A stretch of 64,000 nucleotides of DNA from an uncultured Bacteriovoracaceae bacterium (GTDB lineage Bacteria > Desulfobacterota > Desulfomonilia > UBA1062). The stretch spans positions 606 to 64,605 of the forward strand of contig CAYNVT010000004.1 in the NCBI GenBank assembly GCA_964400685.1. The letters are read 5' to 3'. Shown piece by piece: positions 62,499-64,000 of this stretch; the stretch's first letter is position 1; every line of letters begins with the position of its first letter. The translations under genes were made by a program, and so were the position numbers. The notes beneath the pieces are model-generated. The model was not told the DNA's origin. It saw only the letters and a program-made list of their open reading frames with translations, and did no database searches.

Positions 62499-64000
62499 TT
62501 ATGCATACAGCGAATCTATCATATCCTGATACTTCTTCAATACTTCGCGGCGCTTGAGCTTGAGAGTCGGCGTGAGCATTCCGTTTTCAACCGTGAACCC
62601 TTCTGAAAGAAGCAGTACCCTTTTCGGTAATTCATAGCTTGCAAACGTCTTTTTGAGATGTTCGTTGATTTCATCTTCATACATCTTTATCACCTTGGGA
62701 TCTTTGACGAACGCTTCTTTATCTTCTGGCAGGCCCTTTTCTTTCGCCACCTTTTTCATAACAACAAAATCAGGGACTATAACGCAGACGGTATATGGTT
62801 TGTTCAACCCGAATATCATTGCCTGCTCCACGCTTCCAAGCAGCTTTACTTCTTCTTCGATCGCTGAAGGATAAACGAATTTGCCGTTTTCAAGCTTGAA
62901 CTGTTCTTTAATACGGCCTGTGATATAAAGGAACCCTTCCTTGTCAACATAGGCCCTGTCGCCTGTCCTAAGCCCCCCGTCATCGGTCATGGTCGCTTTT
63001 GTTTCTTCGGGCTTGTTGTGATATCCCTTCATGACATTGGGACCATAGATGATCAGCTCGCCGTCATTGGCATCAGGGTCCATGCCCGTCTTGTCTATAA
63101 CGAGCTTGACCTTGTCTATGGCCTTGCCACAGCTGCCCACTTTATAATCGGCAGGTGTATTGACCGTTCCGGCAGGCGATATCTCGGTCATTCCCCAGGC
63201 CTCGTAAACAGGCGCACCTATATCGAACATGAACTGGGCGATGTTGGCGCTGAGTGCTGCGCTCGAACTGATGGAAAGCTCGAGGTTTCCTCCGAAGAGC
63301 TCTCTTAATTTGCTGTAAACGATCTTATCGACCAGTTTAATCTTGAGCTCGTTGATAAGGCTGGATTTTCCCTGTTTCGCGAGTTCGCGCTTCTTTTTGT
63401 TCTCTTCGGCGCCCATATTGAACAGCGTCTGGGCAAGACCGCCTTTATCCCTGATTTTCTGCTGGATGCCGTCATAGACCCTGTTGAATATCCTCGGCAC
63501 TGCGACAAGCATGGTAGGCTTGACAAGCTGAAGGTCTCCTACGATAGTCGCCGGGCTCTCCGCGAATCCGGTCGAGCCGCCAAGCATCAGAAGGGTATTG
63601 AGCTCCGCAGTCTGGCCGTATGAATGCGCCCAGGGAAGGAATGAAAGCGTCCGTGTTTTATCGCTCAGCATGTGAAACGCCTTGAGAAGGGCATGGACCT
63701 GGCTTGAAAAATTGCCGTGGGAAAGCAGAACGCCTTTCGGATTGCCTGTCGTACCTGAAGTATAGATGAGACCTGCAATATCTTCAGAAGTGGGCTTAAA
63801 TGAAGGGACAATGTTTTTGAACCCGTTTTCCATAAGCTCCTGATAGCTTCCGGGACCGGTTTCGTTGATTATGAATACGTACTTGAGAGTATCTATCTCA
63901 TTCTTCCACGTAAGGGCCTTTTCATAGATTTCCTTCTTGGAGACAAACAGCGCTTTTACCTCGCTGTCCTTGATGATGTATTTCCACATCGAATCGAGTT
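62499..64000 (-). CDS. Long-chain-fatty-acid--CoA ligase (AMP-dependent synthetase), N-terminus beyond window
   Basis: AMP-binding motif YTSGTTGNPKGV, GYGLTE-like WGMTE, motif II TGDRAY; ORF open to window end. Confidence 0.85.
   Translation of the reverse strand, partial: LDSMWKYIIKDSEVKALFVSKKEIYEKALTWKNEIDTLKYVFIINETGPGSYQELMENGFKNIVPSFKPTSEDIAGLIYTSGTTGNPKGVLLSHGNFSSQVHALLKAFHMLSDKTRTLSFLPWAHSYGQTAELNTLLMLGGSTGFAESPATIVGDLQLVKPTMLVAVPRIFNRVYDGIQQKIRDKGGLAQTLFNMGAEENKKKRELAKQGKSSLINELKIKLVDKIVYSKLRELFGGNLELSISSSAALSANIAQFMFDIGAPVYEAWGMTEISPAGTVNTPADYKVGSCGKAIDKVKLVIDKTGMDPDANDGELIIYGPNVMKGYHNKPEETKATMTDDGGLRTGDRAYVDKEGFLYITGRIKEQFKLENGKFVYPSAIEEEVKLLGSVEQAMIFGLNKPYTVCVIVPDFVVMKKVAKEKGLPEDKEAFVKDPKVIKMYEDEINEHLKKTFASYELPKRVLLLSEGFTVENGMLTPTLKLKRREVLKKYQDMIDSLYA

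Overview
This 64 kb window looks like chromosomal DNA from an anaerobic Gram-negative bacterium. The gene content fits a Desulfobacterota-like organism (hybrid-cluster protein, an HgdC-type activase, CCG-domain Fe-S proteins, a QueG-like protein, and an L-Ara4N lipid-A modification locus), with roughly 50% GC and dense coding on both strands.

Main blocks, in order:
- (i) A large LytS-5TMR/GAF/PAS hybrid histidine kinase, an mscL with an unusual C-terminal zinc ribbon, and OsmC.
- (ii) A run of secreted hydrolases: a beta-lactamase-fold lipoprotein, a calpain-like Cys protease, a beta-lactamase::TenA fusion, and an HExxH protein.
- (iii) A tight nine-gene minus-strand operon built around an orphan HgdC-type ATP-dependent activase. 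It also carries an SDR, two hydrolase/oxidoreductase genes, a membrane rhodanese, DoxX/MauE, an HdrD-like CCG protein, a Cys-rich hypothetical and a polyferredoxin. This is the best candidate for an undescribed redox system.
- (iv) A complete but atypical arn (L-Ara4N) locus: three ArnT paralogs, a PmrAB-like two-component system, arnB, a flippase-like gene in place of arnE/F, arnC, a split arnA, and arnD. An AT-rich island sits inside it, flanked by 23-nt direct repeats, and short motifs recur in its intergenic regions.
- (v) A minus-strand operon of a DUF1566 lipoprotein, a truncated DnaG-like mini-primase and a QueG-family Fe-S protein, next to an FN3 secreted protein.
- (vi) A housekeeping backbone: secF-secD-yajC-tgt-queA, a PP-loop ATPase, tRNA-Val and tRNA-Asp, hup, clpX-clpP-tig.
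- (vii) A nucleotide module of two tandem NDK paralogs plus dCTP-deaminase-family and dCMP-deaminase genes.
- (viii) hcp preceded by an FNR/HcpR-type palindrome, and a partial acyl-CoA synthetase.

No CRISPR array, rRNA, integrase or transposase was recognised. Start codons and family names are inferred from motifs read by eye, since no searches could be run.
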